Shown: positions 18,767 to 27,963 of the stretch, in pieces
Numbering within the stretch: position 1 is the stretch's first letter
Layout of the letters: every line of letters starts with the position of its first letter
Assembly (NCBI GenBank): GCA_017610205.1
Contig: JAFCCL010000006.1
Span: 1-64,000, forward strand
Direction of reading: 5' to 3'
Length of the DNA: 64,000 nt
From: Candidatus Iainarchaeum sp.
GTDB lineage: Archaea; Iainarchaeota; Iainarchaeia; Iainarchaeales; GCA-2688035
Program-made: the position numbers and the translations under genes
The notes under the pieces: model-generated
Told to the model about the DNA's origin: nothing
Databases searched by the model: none
The model's input: the letters and a program-made list of their open reading frames with translations, nothing else

Positions 18767-19777
18767 GTGATTGTATTGGAAAACCAGAAAATTGCAGAAA
18801 TTTTCTACAAAATTGCAGACTTGCTTGAAATTCAAGGAGTAAAATGGAAGCCACGTGCTTACAGGGCTGCGGCAAGCGCAATTGAATCAATGCCAACACC
18901 TGTTGAAGAAATTTATCAACAAGACGGGTTAAAGGCACTGGATGAAATTCCTGGTGTTGGAGAACACATTTCAAAAAAAATTGAAGAGCTTGTAAAAACA
19001 GGCAGGTTGTGTTATTTTGAAAAGCTCAAAAAAAGTTCTCCAGTAAGCCCTGCATTGCTTGATACCATTCCAGGTCTTGGTCCAAAAAAACTCAAGTCCT
19101 TGTATGAAAAGCTTGCAATATCAACATTGCAGGATTTAAAAAAAGCCGCTAAAAAACACCAGATTAGCAAAATCGCAGGCTTTGCTGAAAAAAGCGAGCA
19201 GGAAATTTTAAAAGCTCTTGAAAAAAACGGAGTGAAAAGCGACAGACTTCCTTTTTCCACCGCTCTGCCAATTGCAAACAAACTTGTGGCGGCAATTAAA
19301 AAAACCCATTCAGTTGAAAAAGTTGAAACTGCAGGGAGCTTTCGGAGAAAGAAGCCAACTATTGGAGACCTTGACATTCTTGTTTCCTCAAAAAAACCGG
19401 CAATTGTTGCAAAAGCAATTGTTTCAATGCCAACTGTAAAAAAGGTTCTTGCTTCAGGCGAAAAAAAGACAAGCATTGTGTTGAAAAATGATTTGCAGGT
19501 TGATTTTAGAGTTGTAAAAAAAGAGCAGTGGGGTTCTGCATTGCAATACTTTACAGGAAGCAAGAATCATTCAATTGCCTTAAGGAAAATTGCGATAAAA
19601 AAAGGGTTCAAGCTAAACGAGTATGGTGTATTTGATAAAGCTGGAAGAGTTGTTGCAAGCAAAACAGAGAAAGATGTTTACAATGCACTTGGAATGGATT
19701 ACATCCTGCCAGAACTTCGTGAAAACAAGGGCGAAATAGAAGCAGCAATTAAATCCTTTGATAAAAGAAAAAACTAA
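18767..19777 (+). CDS. polX: DNA polymerase family X (no fused PHP domain)
   Basis: RAYRAAA, HhH motifs IPGVG/IPGLG, AGSFRR, GDLDILV, VDFR, YFTGSK and LNEYG motifs. Confidence 0.93.
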   Translation: MIVLENQKIAEIFYKIADLLEIQGVKWKPRAYRAAASAIESMPTPVEEIYQQDGLKALDEIPGVGEHISKKIEELVKTGRLCYFEKLKKSSPVSPALLDTIPGLGPKKLKSLYEKLAISTLQDLKKAAKKHQISKIAGFAEKSEQEILKALEKNGVKSDRLPFSTALPIANKLVAAIKKTHSVEKVETAGSFRRKKPTIGDLDILVSSKKPAIVAKAIVSMPTVKKVLASGEKKTSIVLKNDLQVDFRVVKKEQWGSALQYFTGSKNHSIALRKIAIKKGFKLNEYGVFDKAGRVVASKTEKDVYNALGMDYILPELRENKGEIEAAIKSFDKRKN

Positions 19778-19802
19778 TCTATTAAAGAAAAAACCAACAA
19801 GT

Positions 19803-20936
19803 TCACTTGTATTCTTTTTCAAGAATTGCAATAATGTTGGTTTTGAATTTTTTTGCATGCTGCCTTGGAATGCTTCCGGCTGCCGCAGGAGCATGCCCTC
19901 CGGCATTGCTGTTTGGAATTCCTTTAATGGCTTCAGTAAGCAAATCATTTACTTTTACTTTGCAGTCCTGCCTTCTTGCACTAAACCTCACCCTGCCTTT
20001 TGGCAAAAACTGCAAAAGTATAATTGTTTTGTGCGGACGCATTTCACTTATTTCGTTTATCACATAGCTTTTGATGTTTTCATACCTTGCCTTTATTGCG
20101 TAAAAGTAAAGTTCAATTTCTGGAAACTGTTTGGCTTTTTCAGCAAAACCTTCAACAAGCCTGTCTTTTTCTTTTGTGAATTCATTAAGTAACTTGTGAA
20201 ATTTACTTTCAAGCACATCCGAAGGGTGCTTTGCATCAAAAAATTCCCAGTACAATTCAGGAATCTTTTTGTTTGCAACAACTTCAACTGAAGCAATCAG
20301 GTCAAGGAACCTGTAAAGCCATGTCATTGAAACATTTCTTTTCTTAATTGTCTTTTTTACAAAAGGTTGCCATGCATCAAGGCTCATGTCGCCCAAAATT
20401 CCAATGCATGCAAGCCAGTCAAGGTCTGAAATATCAGTAACCTTGTTGAATAGGTCAAAGGCAAATTTGCTTGCAACGTAAGCGCTTGGCTTTTTTTTTG
20501 TAAAAAATTGAGCCTTAAGGAAAACGATTTTTTTACTATTCAAATCCTTGTACAGTTTGTGATGGTCAATCACAAGACATTTTTCAAAAGAGCATTTTTC
20601 AGCCAATGAATGTAGTGAGCTGTCAATTCCAAGGTCAACGACCAAAAGCTTGTTTGCCTTTTTCTTTTTTATCTGGGCAACAGCTTTCCTTTCCTGTTTA
20701 ATGTTTCCATATTCATAAGGCAATACAACAACAGGCTTGCGTCCTGTAAGCCTTTCAATAGCTTTTCCAGCAATCAAAGCAGAACACAATCCGTCTGCAT
20801 CGCTATGGTGGATAATGGCAATTTTGTCATTTTTTGAAAGTTCTGTGCAAAATTCCTTAAATTTCTTTTCAAGTGCTGCTTTGCTTGCCATAATCATGTT
20901 AATAACGTGATGCAAAAATTTAATAATGAGAATCAA
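19803..20936 (-). CDS. DHH/DHHA1 family phosphoesterase (RecJ-like)
   Basis: HHSDADG, VVDLG, IDHH, GILGD, SARR and GGHAPAAAG motifs; true start probably 20891 or 20897. Confidence 0.9.
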   Translation of the reverse strand: MILIIKFLHHVINMIMASKAALEKKFKEFCTELSKNDKIAIIHHSDADGLCSALIAGKAIERLTGRKPVVVLPYEYGNIKQERKAVAQIKKKKANKLLVVDLGIDSSLHSLAEKCSFEKCLVIDHHKLYKDLNSKKIVFLKAQFFTKKKPSAYVASKFAFDLFNKVTDISDLDWLACIGILGDMSLDAWQPFVKKTIKKRNVSMTWLYRFLDLIASVEVVANKKIPELYWEFFDAKHPSDVLESKFHKLLNEFTKEKDRLVEGFAEKAKQFPEIELYFYAIKARYENIKSYVINEISEMRPHKTIILLQFLPKGRVRFSARRQDCKVKVNDLLTEAIKGIPNSNAGGHAPAAAGSIPRQHAKKFKTNIIAILEKEYK

Positions 20937-20974
20937 TCTAATATTGCAAAGAAACCACGGAGGCAGTGAACAAA

Positions 20975-21139
20975 ATGGGTTATGAGCATGAAAATAGCAG
21001 AGGGCAAAAATATTTTTTGCATCAAAGAGGGAAACTTTTTTTCTTCAGTAAGAAAAGTGAGGATGGCATTGAATTTCCTGAAGGATTTATAGTTGTTGAA
21101 AATCAGCGAACAGGCCTTCCAATGCTAAAAAGGAAATAA
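20975..21139 (+). CDS. small conserved-type hypothetical protein (54 aa; not in the ORF track)
   Basis: GGAGG RBS; MGYEHENSRGQKYFLHQRGKLFFFSKKSEDGIEFPEGFIVVENQRTGLPMLKRK resembles a small NSxGxxYxLH...VENxRTGLPxLK family recalled from CPR/DPANN genomes. Confidence 0.75.
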   Translation: MGYEHENSRGQKYFLHQRGKLFFFSKKSEDGIEFPEGFIVVENQRTGLPMLKRK

Positions 21140-21164
21140 TTTCAATTTTTGGAGAGGTGTTTTT

Positions 21165-22955
21165 ATGAAATATAATACAAAACAATTAAGCAAAGAGGTT
21201 GCCTACTACAAAAAAGCGCTTTCAAAAAATCTTGGCAAGGGCAAAACATGCCTTGTTGAACTAAGGCTTGAAAACGAAAAAGCCTTTTTTTCACTTGCTC
21301 CTTTAAGCAGGGCAATTGATTCACTTGAAGCAGACATGAGCGTTTTTGTTACGCAAAAAGAAAGTAAAATGTTAAAAACATTGAACAAAACCTGGAGCCT
21401 TTACAGAGTGCTTGAACACGGCAAGCTAAATAAACAAACAAAAGCACTTGATGCCTTTATCAAAAGCGTGGAAAAAAAGACTAAAAGCAATTATTTTTCA
21501 AAACTCTTCAAAGCACCAGATTTATACATAACTGCTAGCTCTGATGGCTTTATTGCAGATGGAAAAAAACTTTCCTTCAAAACAGGGTGGAGAAAAAAAA
21601 GACTTTGGAAAGAGCTTCTTCAAACAGCCGGAAAAATTCTTGTGCAAGGATACGGTGCCAAAAAAGAAGAGCGTGTTTCAATAGGATTTGAGCTCTTGCC
21701 GAAGGCAAAAGACCTTAAACTTCCTTTGGACGATTACCTTGACAGCTTTTCAATCGCATATTCTTTTGCCTTGAAGGCCGCAAAGCTTTGCAAGAGTGTT
21801 TCACTTGGTTCTGCGACTTCAAGAAAAAGCCAGCTTGAGCCAATGGACCAAATTGACGATTTTGCAGTAACAATTGCTGGTTGTGAATATGAAAAAAGTA
21901 TTAATGAGCCATGGTTTAAGGCTTTTAAAAAACTGAGTCCTTTTATTGGTGCAGACAAACTTAAAACAACAAATATTTCTTTTGGCGTTTCAGGCCAGGG
22001 CTATGGCGGAAAGCATTTCTTTGGAATGAAAATTGGTTATCCTACTCCAAACAAAAAGGCAAGGTGGCAAAGTCCTGGAGCAATGTTCCTAAAGCCTTGG
22101 TGGTATGAACAAACAAGGATTGATCCAAGGCCTGCAAAAAAAAGGCTTGCAATTACAAGCACTTTGCCACTGGAAAATTATGTAAGGACCTGCAACATAA
22201 ACTTTTTTGCTTTGAGGAAACGGGATGAAAAAATTAGAGCCGAAATCAAGAAATGCGTTAAGATTTTTGCCATTGGAAAGAAATTAAAGCAGGGTCAAAC
22301 AAATCTTGAGCTTGACACAGCGCACTTGTATTCTGGAAAAAGCCCAATTTTATGCTCTGATATAGAGGTAAACCCAAAAGTTCCTCATGAGGCCAAAAAA
22401 GCCTTTAAGATGAAGGAAGCCGGAAGATATGGAAATTTTCCAGGTGGCGAGGTTTTTTTTACACCTCACAAGATAGACGGTACTTTTGTTGGTGATGTTG
22501 TAATAAATGTTGACAAAAGCTATGTCATTCCAAACAATCAGCCAATGGTTGTTTCAATAAAAAATGGTAGTTACAAACTTTTGAAGGCAAGTAAGTTAAT
22601 TGGTGACGCATTCAAAAAAAGAAAAAAGGAAAGCAAAAAAATGATTGATCTTTTTGAAAAAAACAAAAGCATGCCTGCAAAGGCAATCAAAGGTCTTAGA
22701 AAAAACTTTGACAGAGTTGGAGAATTTGCTGTAAATACCAATCCAAAGGCAAGGTTGTCAAGGTATCTTATTGAAACAGAAAAGCTTGCCGGGATGATGC
22801 ATATTGCTCTGGGTTCTGGGTATGAGCCTGGAAGGGAAACAACCTATCATTGCGACATTGTAATTAATGTGCCAAGGCAAAAAATTGATTTGTGGGGAAT
22901 TGACAAAAAAGGAAAAGAACATTGGATAATAAGAAAAGGAAAGTTTGTGGTATGA
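21165..22955 (+). CDS. M29-like (thermophilic metalloprotease / aminopeptidase T) protein
   Basis: GNFPGGEVF, GEFAVNTNP, EKLAGMMHIALG and HCD motifs. Confidence 0.8.
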   Translation: MKYNTKQLSKEVAYYKKALSKNLGKGKTCLVELRLENEKAFFSLAPLSRAIDSLEADMSVFVTQKESKMLKTLNKTWSLYRVLEHGKLNKQTKALDAFIKSVEKKTKSNYFSKLFKAPDLYITASSDGFIADGKKLSFKTGWRKKRLWKELLQTAGKILVQGYGAKKEERVSIGFELLPKAKDLKLPLDDYLDSFSIAYSFALKAAKLCKSVSLGSATSRKSQLEPMDQIDDFAVTIAGCEYEKSINEPWFKAFKKLSPFIGADKLKTTNISFGVSGQGYGGKHFFGMKIGYPTPNKKARWQSPGAMFLKPWWYEQTRIDPRPAKKRLAITSTLPLENYVRTCNINFFALRKRDEKIRAEIKKCVKIFAIGKKLKQGQTNLELDTAHLYSGKSPILCSDIEVNPKVPHEAKKAFKMKEAGRYGNFPGGEVFFTPHKIDGTFVGDVVINVDKSYVIPNNQPMVVSIKNGSYKLLKASKLIGDAFKKRKKESKKMIDLFEKNKSMPAKAIKGLRKNFDRVGEFAVNTNPKARLSRYLIETEKLAGMMHIALGSGYEPGRETTYHCDIVINVPRQKIDLWGIDKKGKEHWIIRKGKFVV

Positions 22956-24031
22956 ACCCATTAAGTGAAAAAAACAAGACCCTGTTTAGTAACATTGAAG
23001 TAGATGCTGTTTTTCTCAGGACAAGGGAAGATCTTCCTGATTCAAATGTAAGTTATTTCACCGGCTTGACAAAACAGTTTCTTTCAAACCATGCTCTAAT
23101 CCTAAAACCAAAAGCAAAGCCCCTTCTTCTGAAATCAATTCTTGAACCAGCTGTAAAAATTCCTGCTCTCAGAGTAAAAAGAATTGATAGAAGAAAGCAA
23201 TTCAAAACTGTTTTGAAGAAAGAGTTGAAGGGCGTTAAAAAAATTGGTATAAATAAACCTCTTTACTCAAGTGCTTTCCTTCGCGAAATAAAAAAGATTG
23301 CCGATAAGAAAAAGCTTGTTGACGTTTCCAGTGCAATGGCTTCTCAACGTGCAACAAAGTCAATGTACGATGTTTTAAACATTGCTACTGCCTGCAAGAT
23401 TGTTGAGTCTGTTGCGGAAAAAATTCCAAGGTTTTTCAAAAAGGGCATGACCGAAAAACAGCTTGCTTTAAAGATTGAAATCCTTCTCAGAGAAAAAGGA
23501 GAAGACATTCTGCCCTTTCCTGTAATTGTTGCCTCTGGCAAAAACGCTGCCTTTCCACACCACGTTCCTTTGGACAAGAAAATAAAGAACGGGCTTGTGC
23601 TCTTTGACTTTGGCTGCTATTACAAGAATTACTGCAGTGACATTAGCAGAGTTTTTTCTGTTGGAAAACCAACCAAGAAACAGAAACAACTTTATGCCGG
23701 GGTCTTTGCAACAAAACAGTATTCTCAGGCTCTTGTAAAACCAGGCGTCGTCTGTGGCCAATTGTTTGACAAGGCAGACAAATTCCTTAAAAAACAAACA
23801 GGCATTAGTCTTATTCATGGCTTGGGCCACGGCCTTGGAGTTGACGCCCACGACTTTCCATCTGGATTTTTACACGGCAATAAGAAAAAGCTTGAACCAG
23901 GAATGGTTTTAACAGTTGAACCGGGAATTTATGGAAAATTTGGCGGCATTAGAATAGAGGACGATGTTGTTGTAACCTCTGCCGGATGCAAGCAGTTGAC
24001 AAAAGCACCAACCGAACTATTACTTCTTTAA
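22952..24031 (+). CDS. Xaa-Pro aminopeptidase/prolidase (M24)
   Basis: PHH, DFG, YCSDISR, HGLGHGLGVDAHD, TVEPGIY and GIRIEDD motifs. Confidence 0.92.
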   Translation: MNPLSEKNKTLFSNIEVDAVFLRTREDLPDSNVSYFTGLTKQFLSNHALILKPKAKPLLLKSILEPAVKIPALRVKRIDRRKQFKTVLKKELKGVKKIGINKPLYSSAFLREIKKIADKKKLVDVSSAMASQRATKSMYDVLNIATACKIVESVAEKIPRFFKKGMTEKQLALKIEILLREKGEDILPFPVIVASGKNAAFPHHVPLDKKIKNGLVLFDFGCYYKNYCSDISRVFSVGKPTKKQKQLYAGVFATKQYSQALVKPGVVCGQLFDKADKFLKKQTGISLIHGLGHGLGVDAHDFPSGFLHGNKKKLEPGMVLTVEPGIYGKFGGIRIEDDVVVTSAGCKQLTKAPTELLLL

Positions 24032-24946
24032 TTCGTTCCATAAAATTATTTGATAGCATAGCATTGCAGCAATTGCCTGACTTTTTCCAAATTTGTCAGG
24101 AATTACTTCTGACAGGCTAAAGCCAAGTATTTTTTTCTTTTGGCAGATTTCGTAAATCAAATCACGCAGGCTTTCCAAACTCATTCCAAAAGCAGTTGGA
24201 ACACCTGTTTCAACTCCCTGCATTAGGTCAAGGCAGTCAATGTCAATGTTCAGCCAGACTTTTTCTGATTCAATTGTTCCAATAATTTCTTTTGCCTGCT
24301 CTTGCATTGATTTTTTCCCAAAAAGCATATTTTCTTTCTTTATCCACTTTGGAAATTCTTGCTTTTTATAAAAAGCTTGTGGCATTGAAGGACAGTAAAA
24401 TATTTTTCCTGCCAGTCCTTGTTTTGAAACAAATTCCATTTCTTCTTCGTTAATCAAATCTCTTACTCCAATCCAAACCTGTTCAAAGCCCTTGTTAAAA
24501 ATTCTGTGTGCAACTGCTGCATGGCTTTCCTTTTTTCCGTTCCATTCTTCTCTTAGGTCAAGGTGGGCGTCAAAGTTTACAAAGCAGGCGTCTTTTGGAA
24601 CTGCGTTCAAAAGACCATTTACTGTGCTGTGGTCTCCGCCAAGTAGTACAAAGAACTTTCCTGCTTCCAAAGCTTTTTTTGCAAAGGTTTCTGTCTTCTC
24701 AATCATTTCTTTTGCATTCTTTGGCTTTATTATTCCAAAATTGTGAATTGGTGTTTGAAGAGTTTTCCCGGTCATTGGGTCCTCAATATCCATTTGAAGT
24801 GATGCCTTCATTATTGCTTCTGGTGCTTTGGCTGCTCCTTTGCCATAACTTGCATTTTCATCAAATGCCACTCCCAAAATACCGGCGTCACAATCCTCAA
24901 AGCTTGGGTTGCCTTTAATAAAAAACAAAGTGTTGTCCTTTTTCAT
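24020..24946 (-). CDS. speB: agmatinase (ureohydrolase family)
   Basis: GGDHS, DAHLD, SHA, GVR and DIDCLD motifs. Confidence 0.88.
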   Translation of the reverse strand: MKKDNTLFFIKGNPSFEDCDAGILGVAFDENASYGKGAAKAPEAIMKASLQMDIEDPMTGKTLQTPIHNFGIIKPKNAKEMIEKTETFAKKALEAGKFFVLLGGDHSTVNGLLNAVPKDACFVNFDAHLDLREEWNGKKESHAAVAHRIFNKGFEQVWIGVRDLINEEEMEFVSKQGLAGKIFYCPSMPQAFYKKQEFPKWIKKENMLFGKKSMQEQAKEIIGTIESEKVWLNIDIDCLDLMQGVETGVPTAFGMSLESLRDLIYEICQKKKILGFSLSEVIPDKFGKSQAIAAMLCYQIILWNELKK

Positions 24947-24986
24947 GCAATAATTTCTTTTCTAAAGCTTCTTTAAAAGCTTGCCC

Positions 24987-25259
24987 TTATTCATAAAAGC
25001 AGAAATATACCTGGGTTATTTCCTTATCATACCCTGTTGTAATAATATATTCTTTTTCAGTTATTTCCGTTGCCACTACTAGATTGTACCCCTCCATTGT
25101 TCCGCATTTTTCAGGAGAAATCTGGATTCCTTGTGCAACCTGCTTGGCTTCAAGGGCTTGTACAGACGCATTTAGCCCGGTTTGTTGTACTGCAAGCATT
25201 ACTGTCCATCCAAGCAGAAAAATCAGCAAAAGCCCCAAAATCATGTCACTCATTTGCAT
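24987..25259 (-). CDS. small secreted/membrane hypothetical protein
   Basis: 90-aa ORF with an N-terminal hydrophobic helix and two Cys. Confidence 0.55.
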   Translation of the reverse strand: MQMSDMILGLLLIFLLGWTVMLAVQQTGLNASVQALEAKQVAQGIQISPEKCGTMEGYNLVVATEITEKEYIITTGYDKEITQVYFCFYE

Positions 25260-25323
25260 AATACAAGATAACCCTTTTCAGGTATTTAAACCTTTTTTAT
25301 TGCTTTTGCTGCATTTCTTTTTC

Positions 25324-25713
25324 ATGGAAAAGGCAATGAAGGATTTTGTGGATTCTCTTTTTGAAAAGAGAAAGAAGTGCCCCTGGGCTAAGGGAAGGAC
25401 TTTTGCAAACCATAGGGTGGAATTGGAGAGCGAAGTTCAAGAGCTAAAAGAGGCAATTGAAAAAAACGATATTGAGAACATTAGGGAAGAGCTTGGTGAC
25501 GTTTTGGGGGATGCGCTTTTTATTGGAATGATTGCTGAAGAAAAGGGCCTTTTTACGATTAAGGATTCAATTGAGGAAGTCCACGAAAAGCTTAAGAGAA
25601 GAAGTCCATGGGTTTTTGGAAACGAAACTGTTTCAAGTGAGGAAGAGGCAATAAAGCGATGGAATGAAATAAAGGTTGAAGAAAAAAAGGCAAAAAATAA
25701 GCAAGAGTTTTAG
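25324..25713 (+). CDS. MazG-like nucleotide pyrophosphohydrolase
   Basis: CPW, EVQELKEAI, EELGD, KLKRRSPWVFG and WNEIK motifs. Confidence 0.9.
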   Translation: MEKAMKDFVDSLFEKRKKCPWAKGRTFANHRVELESEVQELKEAIEKNDIENIREELGDVLGDALFIGMIAEEKGLFTIKDSIEEVHEKLKRRSPWVFGNETVSSEEEAIKRWNEIKVEEKKAKNKQEF

Positions 25714-25890
25714 CATTAACTGATTTCATTTCTTTTAAATGCAAGGTTCTTGCTCTTAACTGATTCCAACCTTTTTGAATATCCAAACCTTTGGGAAATC
25801 TATTGCCAAAACGTACAATATGCTAATTGCCAGTACAATGAAAACAAGGATGGCTGGAAGTTTGGTGATGATTATTCCAAATATGGTTAG

Positions 25891-26504
25891 TTCGTGAGCG
25901 GAAAACCCATGCCTTTTAAGGCAGGGATGAAAGCAAGCCACAGCCTATTTCTCTTTTTCTTGGGTATTATTCCTCTAGCGCGGCGTGGCGCTGGCGCGCC
26001 ACTATAAGAACCGCGCTGGAAGTTTTTCAATAATGAAGCGTGATTTGGTTAGCGGAGCTTATAGCGTTTATGAATGTGTATATCCTTTAGAGTGGTGTCC
26101 TAAATATAGGTTTAACGTTTTGAGGAAAGAGTCCAGTAAGGTTGATATGGAGGCTATTTTGAAGCAGATAGCAGCAGAGCATGACAGGCATATAGAAGAG
26201 CTTGCTGTCATGCCCGAGCACGTGCATATTGTGGTGCGAGCAAAACCGAGCATGAATCTAAGTAAAGCAACACAGTTGTTGAAAGGCAGAAGTTCGTACG
26301 AGTTTTTTTGCAAGCACCCAAACATGCGTCTGAGATACAGAAAAGGGCATTTTTGGGCTCCAAGTACCTGCTATCTGACGACAGGTGTAGTAGATTTGGA
26401 TAGAACCAGAGCATATGTAAGAAATCAATCAGACATGCCCATCAAGCAACACTAGCAAACTGTGGCAACTAAGAAGCTCCGCACTTTAGTGCTAGGAGGT
26501 TCAC
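25891..26504 (+). mobile_element. IS200/IS605-family element, TnpA only (614 bp)
   Basis: Inserted 3' of TTAG and ends in GGTTCAC. Subterminal hairpins CCCATGCCTTTTAAGGCAGGG (left) and CTCCGCACTTTAGTGCTAGGAG (right); no TSD. Confidence 0.85.
26033..26455 (+). CDS. tnpA: Y1 (HUH) transposase
   Basis: WCPKYR, MPEHVH (HUH), LKGRSS, GHFW and catalytic YVRNQ motifs. Confidence 0.92.
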   Translation: MKRDLVSGAYSVYECVYPLEWCPKYRFNVLRKESSKVDMEAILKQIAAEHDRHIEELAVMPEHVHIVVRAKPSMNLSKATQLLKGRSSYEFFCKHPNMRLRYRKGHFWAPSTCYLTTGVVDLDRTRAYVRNQSDMPIKQH

Positions 26505-26608
26505 TTTCCATTAAATCTCATTAAAGGTATTAATCAAGTCGATAATAAACCCTTCGCTTTCGGCATTTTGTGTAAAAAGCTTAAAATAATTTCGCATACA
26601 CTTTTTTT

Positions 26609-26710
26609 ATGCAGCTTAAGCAGGCTCACAAAGAGATAATAGAAGCCATTGGCAGAAAGGACTTGTTAATGATAGTAGGCGAGTGCTATGTAGAGTGGCA
26701 TATAAAATAG
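26609..26710 (+). pseudogene. truncated 5' fragment of nucS (33 codons)
   Basis: MQLKQAHKEIIEAIGRKDLLMIVGECYVEW aligns with the NucS N-terminus MDLKQAQQQISEALNRKDLLLVVADMSVEY (33740). The upstream GCTTAAAAyAA..GCATA promoter motif is also shared. Confidence 0.8.
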
Positions 26711-26745
26711 TCGCTGTTATCTGGGATATTTGCTGTTAACCTTCA

Positions 26746-27129
26746 TTGGAGGATATGTTTATAAACAATACTATACATTTAATGTATAGTGTTATTGGGG
26801 TTGTTTGCTTAGCAAAATGGAAGAAGTTTGTAATTCCTTTAACTGCAACAGATTTACTGGATGTGAAGTTGGAAATAGAACGAAACAAGATAGTGAATTT
26901 TTCTTTGAATTACGGGACAAAGATTAGCGAGAGCTTTTTCGAAGTTTACAGGGGTGATACTGCGCATGACTTTTTGCACGAGCAAAGATATCGGATTATA
27001 CCAGAACCAACCCCTATTCCGACAATGGGAAAGGATTTGAATGACGTTTTTAATTTTTACTTGGACCAGATAAAAGAAAATTTTGCACGCTATAAAAGAT
27101 ATTACTTGGAAAGAATGAAAGGAAGGTGA
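26746..27129 (+). CDS. putative toxin, DUF6516/TumE-like (YRxDTAH..LH)
   Basis: EVYRGDTAHDFLHEQ motif; directly upstream of an HTH gene; start uncertain (probably near 26808). Confidence 0.55.
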   Translation: MEDMFINNTIHLMYSVIGVVCLAKWKKFVIPLTATDLLDVKLEIERNKIVNFSLNYGTKISESFFEVYRGDTAHDFLHEQRYRIIPEPTPIPTMGKDLNDVFNFYLDQIKENFARYKRYYLERMKGR

Positions 27130-27134
27130 GAAGC

Positions 27135-27521
27135 ATGAAGTATGAAATGACTGACGAAAGATTGGATGCAATCAAGGCCTATCTCAACAAGGTTTGGAAG
27201 CAGCCAAGCAGGTACCCTGATAAAGGAATGATTCTGAGCCTTTCCGACGAAGAAATAACGCAAGTGTTCACAAAGAAAAGGCTTGAATTGGTTAGGTTGA
27301 TTCAAAGCAAGAAATCAAAAAACGCTACAGCGCTAGCAAATCTGGCTGGCAGAAGGCTGAGTGCCGTCATCAGGGACTTGAAACTCTTGGAAAAATTCCA
27401 CATAGTTGAATTGGAAAAAAAGGGAAAAAACATTGTCCCAACAGTCACAAAAGAAATACTAATACTCCCATTAGTGAAACTCAAAACAAGGGCACTGGAA
27501 GAAATAAAGGCAACTACTTAA
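27135..27521 (+). CDS. HVO_A0114-like winged-HTH protein, putative antitoxin
   Basis: VFTKKRLELVRLI...LANLAGRRLSAVIRDLKLLEKFHIVELEKKGKNIVP. Confidence 0.75.
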   Translation: MKYEMTDERLDAIKAYLNKVWKQPSRYPDKGMILSLSDEEITQVFTKKRLELVRLIQSKKSKNATALANLAGRRLSAVIRDLKLLEKFHIVELEKKGKNIVPTVTKEILILPLVKLKTRALEEIKATT

Positions 27522-27602
27522 CCAGCCTATGGTTACCAATAGTACGGACAAAAAGCAGTTCTTGCGGAAAGTTTTTAAATAGAAATAGCATATAATTTAT
27601 GT

Positions 27603-27624
27603 AATTTCACAAAAAACTGAAATT
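27603..27624. promoter_or_regulatory. palindromic operator AATTTCA-N8-TGAAATT, candidate GbsR-type site
   Basis: Perfect 7-bp inverted repeat between a TATA-like TTTTTAAATA (~27572-27581) and the first island gene. Confidence 0.65.
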
Positions 27625-27646
27625 TGCGAAATCTGGAGGGGTTGAG

Positions 27647-27736
27647 ATGCTTGGTCGGTTAAGGAGTATAGGAGGTCGAATCTTTGAATGGTTGAGAACT
27701 GTCGTGTACGTAATCAAGCTCTGGCTTGGACTTTAG
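27647..27736 (+). CDS. 29-aa cationic amphipathic peptide (not in the ORF track)
   Basis: Strong RBS GGAGGGG 6 nt before the ATG; MLGRLRSIGGRIFEWLRTVVYVIKLWLGL. Confidence 0.6.
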   Translation: MLGRLRSIGGRIFEWLRTVVYVIKLWLGL

Positions 27737-27765
27737 TTTGCTTTAATTTTTTTATGTGAGTTAGA

Positions 27766-27963
27766 ATGGGTAAGCGTAATGCCAATAAGCCAATTGAAAA
27801 CGTTAATTGCCCAAAGTGCAGGCATCACAAAGTTTGGGCTTTACATCGGGAACAAAAGCGTTGCACGAAATGCGGCTACGAGTTTGTGCCAGAGCAAGAA
27901 CAAAATAAGGGCTTGCTTGGGTTTTTAGAAAATGAATTAGTTCGGAGGCTAAACAATGAGTAA
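27766..27963 (+). CDS. small zinc-ribbon protein
   Basis: CPKC...CTKC; the stop overlaps the start of the next gene. Confidence 0.6.
   Translation: MGKRNANKPIENVNCPKCRHHKVWALHREQKRCTKCGYEFVPEQEQNKGLLGFLENELVRRLNNE

Larger units (their letters stand above)
25756..26564 (-). pseudogene. small membrane-protein gene interrupted by an IS200/IS605 element
   Basis: Removing 25891-26504 restores the frame ...EGFIIDLINTFNEI*WK|LTIFGIIITKLPAILVFIVLAISILYVLAID...; an additional stop and a start-region frameshift remain. Confidence 0.6.

Noticed and set aside
25084-25323. N-terminal extension of the MazG-like ORF
   Set aside because: It overlaps an opposite-strand gene and the promoter; the real start is ATG 25324.
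26456-26504. TnpB or omega-RNA associated with the IS200/IS605 elements
   Set aside because: There is no tnpB ORF or recognisable remnant; only ~50 nt separate tnpA from the right end. The 42 kb element has ~95 nt, also without an ORF.
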